The notes under the pieces were generated by a model. That model was not told the DNA's origin. It made no database searches and was given only the letters and a program-made list of their open reading frames with translations. Below are positions 9,780 through 19,905 of a DNA stretch of 51,156 nucleotides, one piece after another. Origin of the DNA: Pantoea phage vB_PagS_AAS23; sequence record MK095606.1; one strand, given 5' to 3'. Within the stretch, counting starts at the first letter, position 1; every line of letters begins with the position of its first letter. Both the position numbers and the translations under genes were made by a program.

Positions 9780-10097
9780 ATGTCTAAGTTCAAAATTAAA
9801 CCAGTTGATGATTTCAAATTGCCGGTATCCTTCACTCAGCCAAACGGCGAAGAGGCTAAGGTTGTGTTTACCGTTAAGCACAAGCGAGCAAAAGAGATCG
9901 GCAACCTTTTCAAGCTGGATGACGAAAACCGCCCATCAGATGAAAAATTCATCATGGACATTGCAACCGGATGGGATCTGGAAGAAGAGTTCACTGCTGA
10001 GGTTATGCGTGATGCGGTTGAGTTCTTCCCTGGAATGGTCATTGAGTTCACGCGATCATACCTGCAGGCGCTGGCTGGCAATCGCGCAAAAAACTAA
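9780..10097 (+). CDS. tail assembly chaperone (gpG-like)
   Basis: Small acidic ORF between tube and tape measure; ends at a slippery heptamer. Confidence 0.75.
   Translation: MSKFKIKPVDDFKLPVSFTQPNGEEAKVVFTVKHKRAKEIGNLFKLDDENRPSDEKFIMDIATGWDLEEEFTAEVMRDAVEFFPGMVIEFTRSYLQALAGNRAKN
10088..10094 (+). other. programmed -1 frameshift heptamer A_AAA_AAC
   Basis: In zero frame GCA AAA AAC TAA; -1 frame is open to 10426 and contains the downstream ORF, which has no ATG start. Confidence 0.85.
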
Positions 10098-10426
10098 AAC
10101 GGGCTGTTTTCCTGCTCTATAGAAAGCCTCCAACAGATTCAGAGTTAGCATCAGTTGGTTTGTCGAGAGACGACTATGATAGCGACGATGATAATCTTGA
10201 GGAGGTTCCATTCTTTAGCGACATGCATGACTCTTGGGATTTATTCCTTGCCATGTCCACTCAGTGGAACTATGGCCCAGACGGAATACCAACGGGAATA
10301 AACTATAATTCCTTCCACACTGTCGCGAAAATCTATAGAATAGAATGCGAGGAAACAGCCTTCAATGATTTGCGAATAATGGAACAACAAGCCATTAATA
10401 TCATTCGCAACGGTAAGCGCCCTTAG
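10094..10426 (+). CDS. frameshift extension of tail chaperone (gpT-like part of GT fusion)
   Basis: Same frame as ORF 10160..10426; predicted fusion is about 215 aa. Confidence 0.8.
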   Translation, partial: LKRAVFLLYRKPPTDSELASVGLSRDDYDSDDDNLEEVPFFSDMHDSWDLFLAMSTQWNYGPDGIPTGINYNSFHTVAKIYRIECEETAFNDLRIMEQQAINIIRNGKRP

Positions 10427-10457
10427 TGGCGCTTTTTTCACATCTGGAGATCGCAAA

Positions 10458-13400
10458 ATGGTTGATCAGGTAGCAGGTTTAACGCTAGGCGTTGACGTGT
10501 CGCAGGTGCAACAGGCGACTAAATCACTAAAGGAATTTAAGCAGGCTAACAGCGAAACTGCGCGTTCTGTTGAGGAGCTTGCTCAGTCTGAATCCGTCGC
10601 CACTGCCAAAGCTAAGCAGTTCCGGGAAGAGCAACGCCGGACGGCAGAAGAAGCAAAGAAGATGCGCCAGGAATTCCAATCGGTGCTGGGAACCATTGAC
10701 CCACTCGCAGCAAAAATGAACAAGCTGGCTGACGCCTCCAAAGTTCTGGACAAGGCATGGTCTGCTGGCGTAGTTCCTGATGAAGAGTTTTTCCGTCTTG
10801 GTGCCGTTCTGGACCTGCAGACAGCAAAGCTAAAAGAGAGTCAGCGCGCACTTACTGCAGAAGGTCAGGCGGCAATTGCTGCTGCTGCTGAAAAAGTTGC
10901 AGCCAGTAAGCAGTCTGAAGCGGCTGCGCGTCGTGAAGCCCAGGCAAGAGAGTCAGCCAACCTGAAAGCTCAGGCCGCAAGTCGTGGGTTTATTGATTCA
11001 CTTGAGGATCAGGTGAGGGCAATTGGCAAAACCCGCACTGAGCTTCTGGAGATGAAAGCTGCTCAGTTGGGAGTGAGCGACCAGGCGGCTCCTCTCATCG
11101 CTCAACTTCGAGCGCAGGGTAAACAGATGAATGCCGCTGGACTTTCGGCGGGACAATACTCTAACGCAATGCGCATCTTACCAATGCAGATCACTGACGT
11201 GGTTACGTCACTTGCTTCAGGTATGCCGGTTTGGCTTGTTGCTATCCAGCAGGGCGGACAGATTAAGGATTCATTCGGCGGTGTTGGTAACACGTTCAAG
11301 GTTCTGCTTTCTTACCTTAATCCAGTAACCGTGGCAATGGGTGCGGTTGGTGCGGTAATGGCAGCCATGGGCCTGGCTGCATATGGAGCGGAAAAGCGCC
11401 AGCGTGAATTGTCACAAGCTCTCATCCTGAGCGGTAACTATGCCGGTGCAACTATCGGGCAGTTTAACGCAATGACTGATGCTATCGCAGCATCAAGCCA
11501 GGCGAGCGGATCAAGCATCCGAGAGATCGCAAACAGCCTCGCCGCATCAGGTAAATACACAATCGCTCAGATCAAGATGATCACGAAGGCGACAGCAGAT
11601 TGGGCCAATGCAACTGGAGAAGACTCAAGCAAGATTACGGGATACTTTGAGAAAATAGCAACAGACCCGGTTAAAGGCTTGGCTGAGATGAATAAACAGT
11701 TCAACTTCCTCAGCGTAGGTCAGCTTACATACATCAAAAAGCTGGAGGACACGAAAGGGAAAACTGAGGCTGTATCTGCAGCGACTAAAATCTTTGCAGA
11801 CATAATGGAACAGCGAGTAGCAAAAATAGCCGACAGCGCAACGCCACTTGAAAAGATGTGGAACGACATCAAAAAATGGGCTGGCGATGCATGGACTACG
11901 GTTGGGGATCGGACTCTGGGCGCGTTGAGCCTAATCACTGATGTTGTTGCCGGTACTGTTGAGCAGATTCGATACCTGCTTAATCAGGGTGATATCATGA
12001 TCGGCGAATTTGTAGCGTCAACCGCCAATACACTGAGCAAAATCCCAGGGACATCAGGTTTCTTTGATGGAATCGCTAAGCAGCAGGAAGAGGTGGTTAA
12101 AAACGCCAAATCCCAAAACGCCGATCTGCTAAAGTCGATTGAAGAGCGTAACGCTCGAATTATCAAGGGTGAAATAGGCTATGTGCAGGCATCAAAGCAA
12201 TCAGCGGCGGCTGCTCAGGGTTACAGCAAGGAAACCAAGGACGCAGTAGATAAGGAGGCTGAGGCACTGAAGAAAAAACAGAAGGCTCAAAAGGTATCTG
12301 TTGACCAAGGTGATAAAGTTAGCGAGCAGTATCAGGCTGATATTATCGCGCTTCAGGCCCAACTTAAGGTTTTGCAAGAGCACAGATCTGTAAATGATCA
12401 AATCTCTCAGCAGCAGAAAACTTATTGGAATGATGTGGCTAAGTTCCAGATTCTTGAAGAAGCGGCAAAGACTCGAAGCCTGACAAAGAGTGAGCAGCAG
12501 TTTTTGGCTAACAAAGAAACAATACTCGCCTACTCTCGCCAGAAGGCTGAGATCGGCAACATGATCGTCAACCAAGAGAGAATGAACAAGCTTCAGGATG
12601 ATTCTAAAGCCTATGTCGATGAGATGACAGCTAAGCGGAAAGCCCTGAGCGAAACCATCTCAATGGGTACAAGAGAGCAGGAGCGCCAGGCTCAGATAAG
12701 CAAGCTGGAAACAGATTGGACGGCTAAGGGTGGCTCTGTTGATGACATGGGACTGACAGAGAAAAAGCAGGCGCTGCAAGAGTTCTTTGCGGAGCAGGAC
12801 GCGCAGACCCAAAACTGGCAAGCTGGATTGTCTAATGCGTTTGAAGATTGGGGGGCTGAAGTAACCAACGTTTACAAGAATGTTGGTCAGATTGGGACTG
12901 AAGCTTTAAACGGCTTATCAAACCAGTTGACTGACTTTGTTATGACCGGTAAGGCAAACTTCGGCGACTTCGCGAAAAGCATCATCGCTGACATTATCCA
13001 GATGACGATTAAGATGGCGATCTTTAACGCTATCGCTGGTTTTATGGGTGGCGGAACCACTGCCGCGCCTGCAGTTGCAGGACATGCAAATGGCGGCGTT
13101 GTTGGTAATGCTTCTTTTGCTGGCGGCGGTTATACTGGTGACGGCGGCAAGTATCAGCCAGCGGGCGTGGTCCATAAGGGAGAGTTCGTATTTACCAAGG
13201 AGGCAACGCGCAGGCTGGGAGTTAGCAACCTGATGAGGCTGATGCGGGGTTACGCGAACGGCGGTCCGGTTGGCAATACCCAATCAGGTGGCGTAACTGG
13301 TGGCGGCGGAATGACTGCCATTTCTGTTGGTAACGTATCGATCGCCATGGGCGGCGGAATGGATAAGCAAAACGCCAAAGCCCTTGAGTCAGGCGTTCGC

Positions 13401-13472
13401 CAGATCGTCAGTGATGTTTTGGTTGCGGAGTGCAGCCAGGGCGGTAGAATTTATCAACTTGTTAAGGGGTAA
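10458..13472 (+). CDS. tape measure protein
   Basis: 1004 aa; coiled-coil N-terminus, hydrophobic middle, C-terminal 'FGDFAKSIIADIIQMTIKMAIFNAI' and Gly-rich region. Confidence 0.95.
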   Translation: MVDQVAGLTLGVDVSQVQQATKSLKEFKQANSETARSVEELAQSESVATAKAKQFREEQRRTAEEAKKMRQEFQSVLGTIDPLAAKMNKLADASKVLDKAWSAGVVPDEEFFRLGAVLDLQTAKLKESQRALTAEGQAAIAAAAEKVAASKQSEAAARREAQARESANLKAQAASRGFIDSLEDQVRAIGKTRTELLEMKAAQLGVSDQAAPLIAQLRAQGKQMNAAGLSAGQYSNAMRILPMQITDVVTSLASGMPVWLVAIQQGGQIKDSFGGVGNTFKVLLSYLNPVTVAMGAVGAVMAAMGLAAYGAEKRQRELSQALILSGNYAGATIGQFNAMTDAIAASSQASGSSIREIANSLAASGKYTIAQIKMITKATADWANATGEDSSKITGYFEKIATDPVKGLAEMNKQFNFLSVGQLTYIKKLEDTKGKTEAVSAATKIFADIMEQRVAKIADSATPLEKMWNDIKKWAGDAWTTVGDRTLGALSLITDVVAGTVEQIRYLLNQGDIMIGEFVASTANTLSKIPGTSGFFDGIAKQQEEVVKNAKSQNADLLKSIEERNARIIKGEIGYVQASKQSAAAAQGYSKETKDAVDKEAEALKKKQKAQKVSVDQGDKVSEQYQADIIALQAQLKVLQEHRSVNDQISQQQKTYWNDVAKFQILEEAAKTRSLTKSEQQFLANKETILAYSRQKAEIGNMIVNQERMNKLQDDSKAYVDEMTAKRKALSETISMGTREQERQAQISKLETDWTAKGGSVDDMGLTEKKQALQEFFAEQDAQTQNWQAGLSNAFEDWGAEVTNVYKNVGQIGTEALNGLSNQLTDFVMTGKANFGDFAKSIIADIIQMTIKMAIFNAIAGFMGGGTTAAPAVAGHANGGVVGNASFAGGGYTGDGGKYQPAGVVHKGEFVFTKEATRRLGVSNLMRLMRGYANGGPVGNTQSGGVTGGGGMTAISVGNVSIAMGGGMDKQNAKALESGVRQIVSDVLVAECSQGGRIYQLVKG

Positions 13473-13475
13473 TAT

Positions 13476-13823
13476 ATGGCTGTGGAAACCTTTAAATGGT
13501 GTACACAGATCCAAAACAACGGCGCGGCAATGACCGTTACCAACAACATGCGAGCTATTAGCATGGGTAACGGTTACCGCCAGGTGGCATCATCCGGAAG
13601 GAACACAAACCGCCGCCAGTTTGGGATCGTTTACGGCGGTAAGGATTATCTAAAGGTTCTTGATTTCCTTTATGCCCACACCGCAAATCCTTTCATCTGG
13701 ACACCTCCAGACGGAAGGGCGGGTATCTTTATTGTGCAGGCTGACACAATCGGAAGCGCTCCAAAATTCCGTGGCATACAGGAATTGACCTGCACATTTA
13801 CCGAGCAATTCACCAGCGTTTAA
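13476..13823 (+). CDS. minor tail protein, lambda gpM-like
   Basis: 'GNGYRQVASSGRNTNRRQFGIVYGG...FIWTPPDG...CTFTEQF'. Confidence 0.8.
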   Translation: MAVETFKWCTQIQNNGAAMTVTNNMRAISMGNGYRQVASSGRNTNRRQFGIVYGGKDYLKVLDFLYAHTANPFIWTPPDGRAGIFIVQADTIGSAPKFRGIQELTCTFTEQFTSV

Positions 13824-13830
13824 CTCAAAG

Positions 13831-13855
13831 GCCAGCTTTAACGCTGGCTTTTTTT
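13831..13855 (+). terminator. rho-independent terminator
   Basis: GCCAGC-TTTAAC-GCTGGC-TTTTTTT. Confidence 0.9.
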
Positions 13856-13895
13856 CGTGTATGATCCACTGACCAAATAAACAGGAGTAAAAACC

Positions 13896-14651
13896 ATGAC
13901 ACCAGGATTAAGCAGCAAGTTCGTTAACTGCCTGCAGTCCCTGTATCCGGGCGAGATCATGACTCTAATCGAGATTGATGGCACAAAGTTTGGCGCTCAG
14001 ATTTACCGCTTTCACGGCGAGAATATCAGCTACTCACCAGAGGAATTGATGCTTGCACAGCAGACCGGTAACCTGGCACCAAAGACAATCCGATTCAATG
14101 GTCATGACTTTGGCCCCCGCCCTTTCGGCATCCAGGGCATCAGTATGTCTGGCGACGGAAAGCCAGGAAAGCCTCAGCTTACGGTTTCAAATATGGATTC
14201 ACAGCCAGCCGCGTTGGTGCGCAACTATAACGGTATGGCCCAGGCAAAGGTTACGATCTGGATTCTCATTAAGTCACTTCTTAAGCAAGACGGATCTGTT
14301 GATCAGGGAGATTACCGAAGGCTGGTTTACTACATTGAGCGCCCTAATTTCGCGGATAACCTGCGCGTTACTTTCGATCTTACATCTCCATATGATATGG
14401 ATGGCCTGATGATACCGGCTCGCCTGACGCAAAGCGTTTGTTATTGGGCGCAGCGAGGCTGGTACAAGACCGGAAAGGGATGCTCATACAACGGTCAAAA
14501 CGGTTACTATGACAAAGACGGCAATCCGGTTGATGATCCAAGCAGAGACTATTGCCCTGGCGTTGTTTCGGCATGTAAGCTTAGATTTCGCGAAGAGCCT
14601 ATGGATTTCGGCGGCTGCGCGGCTGCATCACTTGTAAGGAACAGATCATGA
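13896..14651 (+). CDS. minor tail protein, lambda gpL-like
   Basis: 'MTLIEIDGTKFG...' and cysteine-containing C-terminal region 'CYWAQRGWYKTGKGCSYNG...CPGVVSACKLRF'. Confidence 0.85.
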   Translation: MTPGLSSKFVNCLQSLYPGEIMTLIEIDGTKFGAQIYRFHGENISYSPEELMLAQQTGNLAPKTIRFNGHDFGPRPFGIQGISMSGDGKPGKPQLTVSNMDSQPAALVRNYNGMAQAKVTIWILIKSLLKQDGSVDQGDYRRLVYYIERPNFADNLRVTFDLTSPYDMDGLMIPARLTQSVCYWAQRGWYKTGKGCSYNGQNGYYDKDGNPVDDPSRDYCPGVVSACKLRFREEPMDFGGCAAASLVRNRS

Positions 14652-15382
14652 TTAATGCAAAAGTAAAGATGAAGATTTTCGAGCACGCCAACGAGGTCTA
14701 CCCAAATGAATCTTTGGGCGTGGTGATGCAAAAATCACGCGTGCAGAAATACTACCCTCTGGACAACATCCACCCGGAACCTGATAAGCATGGCGAGCCA
14801 GATCACCAGCAGTATTACGACGCCACGCACGAGGATAACGGCACGATGATTGCCTTTGTTCACTCTCATCCTGGCGATGGGGCAACAACGTTACCATCTG
14901 CGCATGATATCTGCATGTGCAATGAATGGGGTGTTCCTTTCGTTATCGTGAGCATTCCAGAGGGTGATATGAGGATTGTAGAGCCAGCATCAGCTCCTCT
15001 GATTGGTCGCCCATGGTCATTAGGTTCTTATGACTGTTATGGACTTGTCATGGCATTTCATGAGCTGCATGGAATCAAACTGGCGGATTACCGTAAAACC
15101 TATGAATGGTGGAAGACTGGCGAAAATCTTTACCAGGAGTTTTGGCAGAAAGAAGGGTTCGTAGAGACTCATCAGCCGCCAAGGTTTGGTGATATGGTTA
15201 TCATGCAGATTCAATCTGACGTGTGGAACCATGCAGGGATTTACGTTGGTGATAACCAGTTGCTCCACCATTACGCAAACCGGGTATCGCGTCGAGATCT
15301 ATACTCTGGTTGGTATCAGGAAAAAACAGTTTTAGTTTGCAGACATAAGGATCTTAAAGATGACATCGACAAAAATTATTAA
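14648..15382 (+). CDS. tail tip assembly protein, gpK-like (JAB/MPN plus NlpC/P60)
   Basis: 'FVHSHPGDGATTLPSAHDICMCNEWG' (JAMM) and 'GSYDCYGLVMAFH...H' (NlpC/P60). Confidence 0.9.
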   Translation: MINAKVKMKIFEHANEVYPNESLGVVMQKSRVQKYYPLDNIHPEPDKHGEPDHQQYYDATHEDNGTMIAFVHSHPGDGATTLPSAHDICMCNEWGVPFVIVSIPEGDMRIVEPASAPLIGRPWSLGSYDCYGLVMAFHELHGIKLADYRKTYEWWKTGENLYQEFWQKEGFVETHQPPRFGDMVIMQIQSDVWNHAGIYVGDNQLLHHYANRVSRRDLYSGWYQEKTVLVCRHKDLKDDIDKNY

Positions 15383-15959
15383 GTTAAGCGGTTCCCTCGG
15401 GCGTCGATTTGGCGTCTTTCATCGGTTGGCTATCGACTCTTTCCCTGAGTCAATCCGCGCACTTTCTTCACAGGTTCCCGGCTTCAGGGAGTTTATGAAT
15501 AGCCAGGTTGGGCAACAGATGAAGTTTGCCATATTCGTTGACGGTCAAAATGTTGGCGCGCATGAAACTGAAAAGATGCGTTGCGGGCGTGATGTGAGAA
15601 TCATTCCCATCCCAACAGTTTCTAAGAATGCCGGTCTGATGCAAATCGTGATCGGAGCTGTGATTATGGTTGCAGCATTCTTTACTGGCGGTGCGGCGCT
15701 GGCAGCTATGGGCGCATTCGCTTCAGCAGCCTTTATGGCTGGCGGCGCGATGGTGCTGGGCGGCGTGGTGCAGATGATGAGTCCGCAAAAAGGCGGGATG
15801 GATATGACGCCGAAATCAGCCAGCAACAAACCCTCTTACGCATTCGGAGGTGCAGTAAACACCACTGCAGCCGGTTACCCGGTCCCGCTTCCATATGGTG
15901 AGAGAACGAACGGCGGTTCAATCTGGTCCGCAGGAACATACGCAGAAGACATTTCTTAA
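15360..15959 (+). CDS. tail assembly protein, gpI-like
   Basis: 'KLSGSLGRRFGVFHRLAIDS...ALSSQVPGFREFM' and Gly/Ala hydrophobic segment. Confidence 0.85.
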   Translation: MTSTKIIKLSGSLGRRFGVFHRLAIDSFPESIRALSSQVPGFREFMNSQVGQQMKFAIFVDGQNVGAHETEKMRCGRDVRIIPIPTVSKNAGLMQIVIGAVIMVAAFFTGGAALAAMGAFASAAFMAGGAMVLGGVVQMMSPQKGGMDMTPKSASNKPSYAFGGAVNTTAAGYPVPLPYGERTNGGSIWSAGTYAEDIS

Positions 15960-15963
15960 CCGC

Positions 15964-15996
15964 AAACCCCGTTGCTATGGCCTCGGGGTTTTTTTT
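15964..15996 (+). terminator. rho-independent terminator
   Basis: AAACCCCG...CGGGGTTTTTTTT. Confidence 0.85.
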
Positions 15997-16031
15997 CGCC
16001 TATAATGTCGCATCTAACAATGGAGGCAAAA

Positions 16032-19000
16032 ATGGCTAGAATCATCAGCGTTCAAAAAGGCGGCGGCAGCAAGCCACATCAGCCGCGAGAGATGGACGAC
16101 AATCTGATCTCAAAAGATAAGATCAAGCTTCTGCTTGCAGTTTCCGATGGTGAGATTGTTGAGGAGAATGAAAACTCTCTTCTTCGCGCCCTGCTGCTTA
16201 ATGACGTTCCTGTTATTGGTGCGAATGGTGAAGTCAACTATCCAGGCGTTACTGCTGAGTTTCGTACCGGGACGCAGACTCAGGAATACATCCAGGGTTT
16301 TACCGAGTCAAATAATGAGATAACTGTTCAGCGCCCACTGACAACCGAAAACCCGTTCATCATCAGCGTTACCAATCAGACATTAAGCGCCGTTCGTGTG
16401 CGCATCATGACTGATCGATTTGTTCAGACTCTGGACAATGGAGACACGGTTGGCACCAAGGTTGATTTCCGCTTTGATATGGCTGTCGATGGTGGCTCTT
16501 ATCAAACGGTGCTTGCTGACTCATTCGACGGAAAGAACACTAGCGGATATGACCGTAGCATTCGACTTAACCTTCCGCTGAATTACCAACAGGTGCTGAT
16601 CCGAGTCGTGCGCATCACTGCTGACAGCAACACGGATAGGGTTCAGGATGAAATCAGGGTTCAGGCTTACAGCGAAGTTATTGACGCTAAATTCCGTTAT
16701 CCACTTACCGGCCTGCTGTTTATTGAGTTCGGCTCAGATCTTTTCCCGAGCCAGTTGCCAACCATTTCACTAAAAAAGAAATGGAAGAAAATCATGGTTC
16801 CAACTAACTATGATCCGATTGCCCGCATTTACAATGGGACATGGGATGGCACTTTTAAATTCACCTGGAGCAACAACCCGGCATGGGTGCTGTATGACCT
16901 GATCCTGAATCAGCGTTATGGACTTGATCAAAGAGAGTTGGGAATTTCACTGGATAAGTGGAGCTTATACGAGGCGGCTCAGTATTGTGATCAGCAGGTT
17001 CCTGATGGTCACGGCGGGACGGAGCCGCGTTACCTGTGTGATATGATTGTTCAGTCTCAGGTTGAGGCTTACACCATCGTGCGCGATATGTGCTCAATCT
17101 TTCGCGGGATGTCGTTTTATAACGGTGAAAGCCTGTCAATCGTGATAGATAAGCCGCGAGATCCGGTTTACCTGTTCACAAATGACAACGTGGTTGATGG
17201 AGCATTCGTTCGAACTTTCGCCAGCGATAAGAGCATGTACACCTCTTGCAATGTCATGTTTGATGATCGCGAGAACATGTATAACCAGGATGTTGAGCCG
17301 GTTTTTGATACCGAAGCGGCGCGCCGGTTTGGCAATAACCCGACTGAGATTACAGCAATCGGATGCACCCGCCGCAGTGAAGCAAACCGCCGTGGGCGCT
17401 GGATCATCAAAACTAACCTGCGCAGCACTGTTGTTAACTTCGCAACAGGTCTGGAGGGGATGATTCCGATGATAGGTGACGTTATCGCCGTGGCGGATTC
17501 TCACTGGCAGAGCAACTATCTGCTGAACCTTTCCGGGCGCGTTTCTGAGGTTGCAGGCTGGCAGGTTTTCACTTCATTCCGTGTTGATGCGAGGCCGGGC
17601 GATTTCATCATCGTTAACCGTCCTGACGGCATCCCTCAGAAGCGAACTATCGCCAGCGTGGCACCAGACGGAAAAACCCTGACTCTTAACGTTGGGTTTG
17701 GATTCCAGGTTCAGCCTGATGCAGTTTTTGCGATTGAGCGCACCGATCTGACCTTTGAGAAATACGTGGTAACGAAGATCGAGAAGGGTGACGACGATGA
17801 GGAGTTTGTTCACAGAATCACCGCAGTGGAATACGACGAGACAAAGTATGACGCCATAGATTACGGCGTAGTGACGGACAGAAGGCCAACAAGCGTGGTT
17901 GATCCAGACATCATGCCAGCGCCTAAAAATGTTCAGGTTAGTTCTTTCTCTCGCGTAGTTCAGGGGATGAGCGTTGAAACAATGGTTGTGTCATGGGACA
18001 AAGTTCAATACGCATCTCTGTACGAGGTTCAGTGGCGCAAGGATGGAAATAACTGGCAGAACGTACCGCAGACGCCAACGACTGAAATTCAGTTGGAAGG
18101 CATCTACGCAGGAGTTTATGAAGTTCGCGTCAGATCTGTTTCTGCAGGTGGTAGCGCATCTCCATGGTCAGCCGTAGTTGCTAAATCTCTGACCGGTAAA
18201 ATTGGCAAGCCAAATAAGCCGATCAATTTAACAGCGACTCAGGATGAGGTTTTCGGCATCAGGGTTAAGTGGGGAATGCCTGAAAACTCAGCGGACACTG
18301 CTTACATTGAGCTGCAGCAGTCTAAGACAGGAAGCGTAGAAACGGCATCTCTCGTTAGCTTGGTTCCATATCCTCAACATGAGTATTGGCATAGCGTGCT
18401 GCCTTCTGGCTACACTAACTATTATCGTGCAAGGTCCATTGACAAGATCGGGAACCAATCAGATTGGACAGATTTCGTTTTCGGCATGGCTACTGACGAT
18501 TTCGATAAGATTGCTGAAGTTGTGAAAATCGACATCGAAAACAGCGAAGGTTACAAGGAGCTGAAGAAAGACATCTTTGAGACTCAGCAAGACCTTAAGG
18601 CTGCTGCTGCCAAACAGAAAGCACAGGCTGAGGCATCCATTGAAAACGCTCTGGCAAATAACACCGACGTGATCAGGATGACAAAAGAAAATGGCAAAAG
18701 GAAAGCGGAGTATCGCCAGGCTGTTAAACTTGTGGCGGATGAGACAGAGGCAAGGGCAAGCGCAATCACTCAGCTTACTGTTGAGTTTGACGAAAAGGTT
18801 AACGCTTCAGTAACTCGACTTGATGAGGCAATTGCCAATGAGTCAGAATCAAGGGCTACGGCAATAACCGAGCTTAAGACGCAGATCGATGAGGAAATAA
18901 CAGCGAGCATTACTGAAATTCAGGAGACGATCACTAACCTTGAAGAGAGCACGGCGTCAACATTCCAAAGCATTAACACACGCTTTGGCGAGAATGAGTC

Positions 19001-19568
19001 AGCGATCACCAACACCCAGAAAGCGATTAGTGATGAAACCCAGGCGCGTGCTGAGGCGGTGCAGCAAGTAAATTCAAGCCTTGGTAATCAGATTAACGTT
19101 GTTGCTCAGACAAAGCTTAACACTTTCGCAACGGATAATGGGCAAGTTGGCGGTATCTACAGCGTTGGCTTAGGGGCCAAGGTAAATGGTCAGACTCTGC
19201 AGGCTGGTTACTCTATTGCAATCGACAACAGCAATGGTACTCTTAAGGCTCGCAGCTTCTGGGATGTTGATCAGTTTGCAATAGGAAGGATTGGTGCCTC
19301 TTTACAGTTACCATTCTTTGTTGAAGGAAATCAGACTTACATTCGGAGCGCAATAATTAAGGACGCTTCAATCACCAACGCCAAGATAGGTTATGAGATT
19401 CAGTCTAACAACTATCAGCCTGGAAATGTTGGATGGAGGATTGATAAGGGAGGAACGTTTGAAGTTAACGGAAATGTCGCCGGTCAGGGAAGGTTAGTTA
19501 TACAGAATAACCAGATCAGCGTTTACGATCAGAACGGCGTGTTGCGCGTAAGAATGGGTCAACTTTAA
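16032..19568 (+). CDS. tail tip/host specificity protein, gpJ-like
   Basis: 1178 aa from ATG 16032 (SD ggaggc); the ORF-track start 15972 lies inside the terminator; 'GGGSKPHQPREMDDNLISKDKIKLLLAVSDGEIV', FNIII-like domains, C-terminal coiled coil. Confidence 0.93.
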   Translation: MARIISVQKGGGSKPHQPREMDDNLISKDKIKLLLAVSDGEIVEENENSLLRALLLNDVPVIGANGEVNYPGVTAEFRTGTQTQEYIQGFTESNNEITVQRPLTTENPFIISVTNQTLSAVRVRIMTDRFVQTLDNGDTVGTKVDFRFDMAVDGGSYQTVLADSFDGKNTSGYDRSIRLNLPLNYQQVLIRVVRITADSNTDRVQDEIRVQAYSEVIDAKFRYPLTGLLFIEFGSDLFPSQLPTISLKKKWKKIMVPTNYDPIARIYNGTWDGTFKFTWSNNPAWVLYDLILNQRYGLDQRELGISLDKWSLYEAAQYCDQQVPDGHGGTEPRYLCDMIVQSQVEAYTIVRDMCSIFRGMSFYNGESLSIVIDKPRDPVYLFTNDNVVDGAFVRTFASDKSMYTSCNVMFDDRENMYNQDVEPVFDTEAARRFGNNPTEITAIGCTRRSEANRRGRWIIKTNLRSTVVNFATGLEGMIPMIGDVIAVADSHWQSNYLLNLSGRVSEVAGWQVFTSFRVDARPGDFIIVNRPDGIPQKRTIASVAPDGKTLTLNVGFGFQVQPDAVFAIERTDLTFEKYVVTKIEKGDDDEEFVHRITAVEYDETKYDAIDYGVVTDRRPTSVVDPDIMPAPKNVQVSSFSRVVQGMSVETMVVSWDKVQYASLYEVQWRKDGNNWQNVPQTPTTEIQLEGIYAGVYEVRVRSVSAGGSASPWSAVVAKSLTGKIGKPNKPINLTATQDEVFGIRVKWGMPENSADTAYIELQQSKTGSVETASLVSLVPYPQHEYWHSVLPSGYTNYYRARSIDKIGNQSDWTDFVFGMATDDFDKIAEVVKIDIENSEGYKELKKDIFETQQDLKAAAAKQKAQAEASIENALANNTDVIRMTKENGKRKAEYRQAVKLVADETEARASAITQLTVEFDEKVNASVTRLDEAIANESESRATAITELKTQIDEEITASITEIQETITNLEESTASTFQSINTRFGENESAITNTQKAISDETQARAEAVQQVNSSLGNQINVVAQTKLNTFATDNGQVGGIYSVGLGAKVNGQTLQAGYSIAIDNSNGTLKARSFWDVDQFAIGRIGASLQLPFFVEGNQTYIRSAIIKDASITNAKIGYEIQSNNYQPGNVGWRIDKGGTFEVNGNVAGQGRLVIQNNQISVYDQNGVLRVRMGQL

Positions 19569-19602
19569 TGGAGGAGGGCGGAGAAATCCGCCCTTTAACT
19601 AC

Positions 19603-19902
19603 ATGTTTGGATTTGGTGTATGGAATGCTTCAGGGGTGGATATAAACACCGGATTTGTTAAGATTAACGCTATTGGTTCTAACTCAATACCGCAGGACTT
19701 TACGGGTAATTTATCTTACCCACTGCCAGCCGGTTACACGTTAGATTTCCTTTTTCAACCCGCAGGTCAACCATCAACATCAAGAAGAAAGCGGATATCG
19801 GCATCAGGAAACACAGTTTCGATCACGGAGGTTGGAGGTGGAGATTATTCACCAGGCACTTATCCGTGGGTGGTGGGTAACTTATTGGCTTATGCGAGGT
19901 AA
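19603..19902 (+). CDS. small putative virion protein
   Basis: ORF with SD in tail operon. Confidence 0.5.
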   Translation: MFGFGVWNASGVDINTGFVKINAIGSNSIPQDFTGNLSYPLPAGYTLDFLFQPAGQPSTSRRKRISASGNTVSITEVGGGDYSPGTYPWVVGNLLAYAR

Positions 19903-19905
19903 TAA

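Noticed and set aside
10095-10160. Strong downstream pseudoknot for the frameshift site
   Set aside because: Only weak stems seen (AAAAC/GTTTT, and CCAAC/GTTGG far downstream); stimulatory structure cannot be claimed from inspection.
10160-10426. Independent gene starting at TTG 10160
   Set aside because: No SD or ATG; the frame is open back to the A_AAA_AAC heptamer, so frameshift expression fits better.
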